This document shows positions 37,926 to 39,071 of a stretch of DNA of 39,071 bases, in pieces. The stretch comes from Chloroflexota bacterium (GTDB lineage Bacteria > Chloroflexota > Limnocylindria > Limnocylindrales > CSP1-4). A program made the translations under genes and the position numbers. The stretch lies in the NCBI GenBank assembly GCA_025358525.1, contig JANYJI010000111.1, positions 1 to 39,071 of the forward strand, given 5' to 3'. Position 1 is the stretch's first letter. The number at the start of each line of letters is the position of its first letter. The notes under the pieces were generated by a model. That model ran no database searches. It saw nothing but the letters and a program-made list of their open reading frames with translations, and had not been told where the DNA came from.

Positions 37926-38660
37926 CTATCGGTCCCCCTTGCGTGCCAGGAGGAAGACCGACGGCCCAGGTGTGATCGAGCCGAGTGGCTCCTGAAGCAG
38001 GGCTTCGACTCGGGCCAGAACGGTCGGTGGCAGTCGCTGGCTCAGGCCGGGCACGCGGAAGAGCGATGCCGCCCGCATTCGATCGATCGAGAAGCCGGCT
38101 ATGCGTATGGCCCGACTAACACTGACGGGGGCATGGTCGAAATGGTGCGGCTTGTAGGCCACCGATCCCGGGGCGAACGGCGACCAACTCTGCCGGCGCA
38201 ACAGCCGCCGCCCGATCGATTTGAGGTTGCGCTTGTTGGCGAACTCGAGGATGAGGACGCCGCCTGGCCGCACGACTCGCCCCAATTCTGCGATGAGTGG
38301 CCCTGGATCGCCGAAGTGATGCAGGACCCGGACACAGACCGCGACGTCAAAGTGGCCATCAGGGAAGGGCAGCGCGAGGGCGTGGCCGAGCTGGACCTCG
38401 TACCGGGGATCGCCGCCGAGACTCTCGTTGGCGGCGGCTACGTGGACCTCTGACGAGTCGAGCAGGACAACCCTATCGAAGCCGGTGTACTCGCCGGCCA
38501 GTCGGCCGAAGCCGGCCCCAACCTCAATGAGCCGCCTGCCCCCGGACGGCAAGAAGGCGCGCAGGGCGATCCGGTCGCAAGCATCCTCGTACGTCCGGGC
38601 GGCCCAAAAGACGTCCCGATAGCCCAGGTCCTCATATGTAGCGAGGGGCCGCTGGCTCAT
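37926..38660 (-). CDS. Class I SAM-dependent methyltransferase (Methyltransf_11-like)
   Basis: LIEVGAGFGR, LLD.S, LPFPDG.FD, VLHH, RV.RPGG..ILE motifs; TAAGGT-N7-ATG leaderless start at 38660. Confidence 0.88.
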   Translation of the reverse strand: MSQRPLATYEDLGYRDVFWAARTYEDACDRIALRAFLPSGGRRLIEVGAGFGRLAGEYTGFDRVVLLDSSEVHVAAANESLGGDPRYEVQLGHALALPFPDGHFDVAVCVRVLHHFGDPGPLIAELGRVVRPGGVLILEFANKRNLKSIGRRLLRRQSWSPFAPGSVAYKPHHFDHAPVSVSRAIRIAGFSIDRMRAASLFRVPGLSQRLPPTVLARVEALLQEPLGSITPGPSVFLLARKGDR

Positions 38661-38735
38661 GTACGGGACCTTACGGGGCCTTTGCGCGGAGGTTGCGTCA
38701 TGGGGCGCGGAGCAAGGACTCCACGTCTCGTCCAA

Positions 38736-38912
38736 TCAGGACGGGCTTGCGGCCCCGACTGCCCGACGATGGACAGCAAAGTCGTCGGCGTTACCTGACC
38801 AGCCGCAATCGCAGCGGACGATGTTGGTCCGCGCGTTGTACTCCTCGATCAGATGAGACTTCGGCGGCCGGAGAGGGTTTGGGGCGACTGCCGTGCGGAC
38901 GGGTCGAGCCAT
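38736..38912 (-). CDS. Small (58 aa) protein with an H...CxCGW...H putative zinc-binding motif
   Basis: Strong GGAGGAGG SD before ATG 38912; SHLIEE...RCDCGWSG...HRR. Confidence 0.6.
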   Translation of the reverse strand: MARPVRTAVAPNPLRPPKSHLIEEYNARTNIVRCDCGWSGNADDFAVHRRAVGAASPS

Positions 38913-39023
38913 GGTTCCTCCTCCATCTCCCAGCCCTGGCATCAACAGCCTCAACGCGACCGTTACCGGACGCGTTCGTGGGCATTCGGTAACCACGACG
39001 CCATTCGGGGAGTGCCACTCATT

Positions 39024-39069
39024 CTAGCAGAGGAGCCGCCATCGCCCTAGCAGAGGAGCCGCCATCGCC
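39024..39069. repeat. 23-bp perfect tandem duplication at the window end
   Basis: CTAGCAGAGGAGCCGCCATCGCC x2; overlaps the TAGAAT -10 at 39021-39026 on the minus strand. Confidence 0.85.
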
Positions 39070-39071
39070 CC

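Noticed and set aside
37863-37928. Bidirectional intrinsic terminator between the TrxB-like and methyltransferase genes
   Set aside because: Inverted arms (TAGTCGGC/GCCGACTA) are far apart, with no U-tract; too weak to call
37926-38660. Methyltransferase as the cognate DNA MTase for the HTH-nuclease
   Set aside because: Small-molecule class I type, lacking DNA-MTase catalytic motifs (DPPY/NPPY/PC), and more than 5 kb away
39024-39071. CRISPR array or fluoride riboswitch (GGCGATGG on the minus strand) at the window end
   Set aside because: The repeats are directly adjacent with no spacer and no cas genes; the fluoride riboswitch pairing and downstream conserved elements are absent

Overview
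High-GC bacterial chromosomal segment. Gene content, TANNNT-only and leaderless promoters and several lineage-type hypotheticals suggest Chloroflexota, possibly Limnocylindria-like (an inference). Almost all genes are on the minus strand. Left to right: a 5'-truncated O-antigen-ligase/OTase-family gene (+); an operon of PrsA-like PPIase, mazG, rph and rdgB; a coupled Wbp/Wlb-type diacetamido-uronic acid pathway with a GT4; a 15-aa-repeat beta-solenoid-like protein; rfbA-B-D-C (dTDP-rhamnose); radC-mreB-mreC; a cluster of uncharacterised membrane proteins (CPBP protease, three zinc-ribbon membrane proteins, UPF0182); guaA; a solitary leaderless XRE-HTH/PD-(D/E)XK nuclease fusion with upstream palindromes; B12-dependent metH; a divergent TrxB-like flavoprotein; a class I methyltransferase; and a 58-aa CxCGW mini-protein. 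metH has a structured leader and an apparent non-AUG (ACG) start, and the mini-protein has a switch-like leader. No rRNA, tRNA, CRISPR array, integrase or transposase was seen. The best novelty candidates are the HTH-nuclease cassette, the metH leader/ACG start, the mini-protein leader RNA, the beta-solenoid protein, and a possible protein O-glycosylation system.
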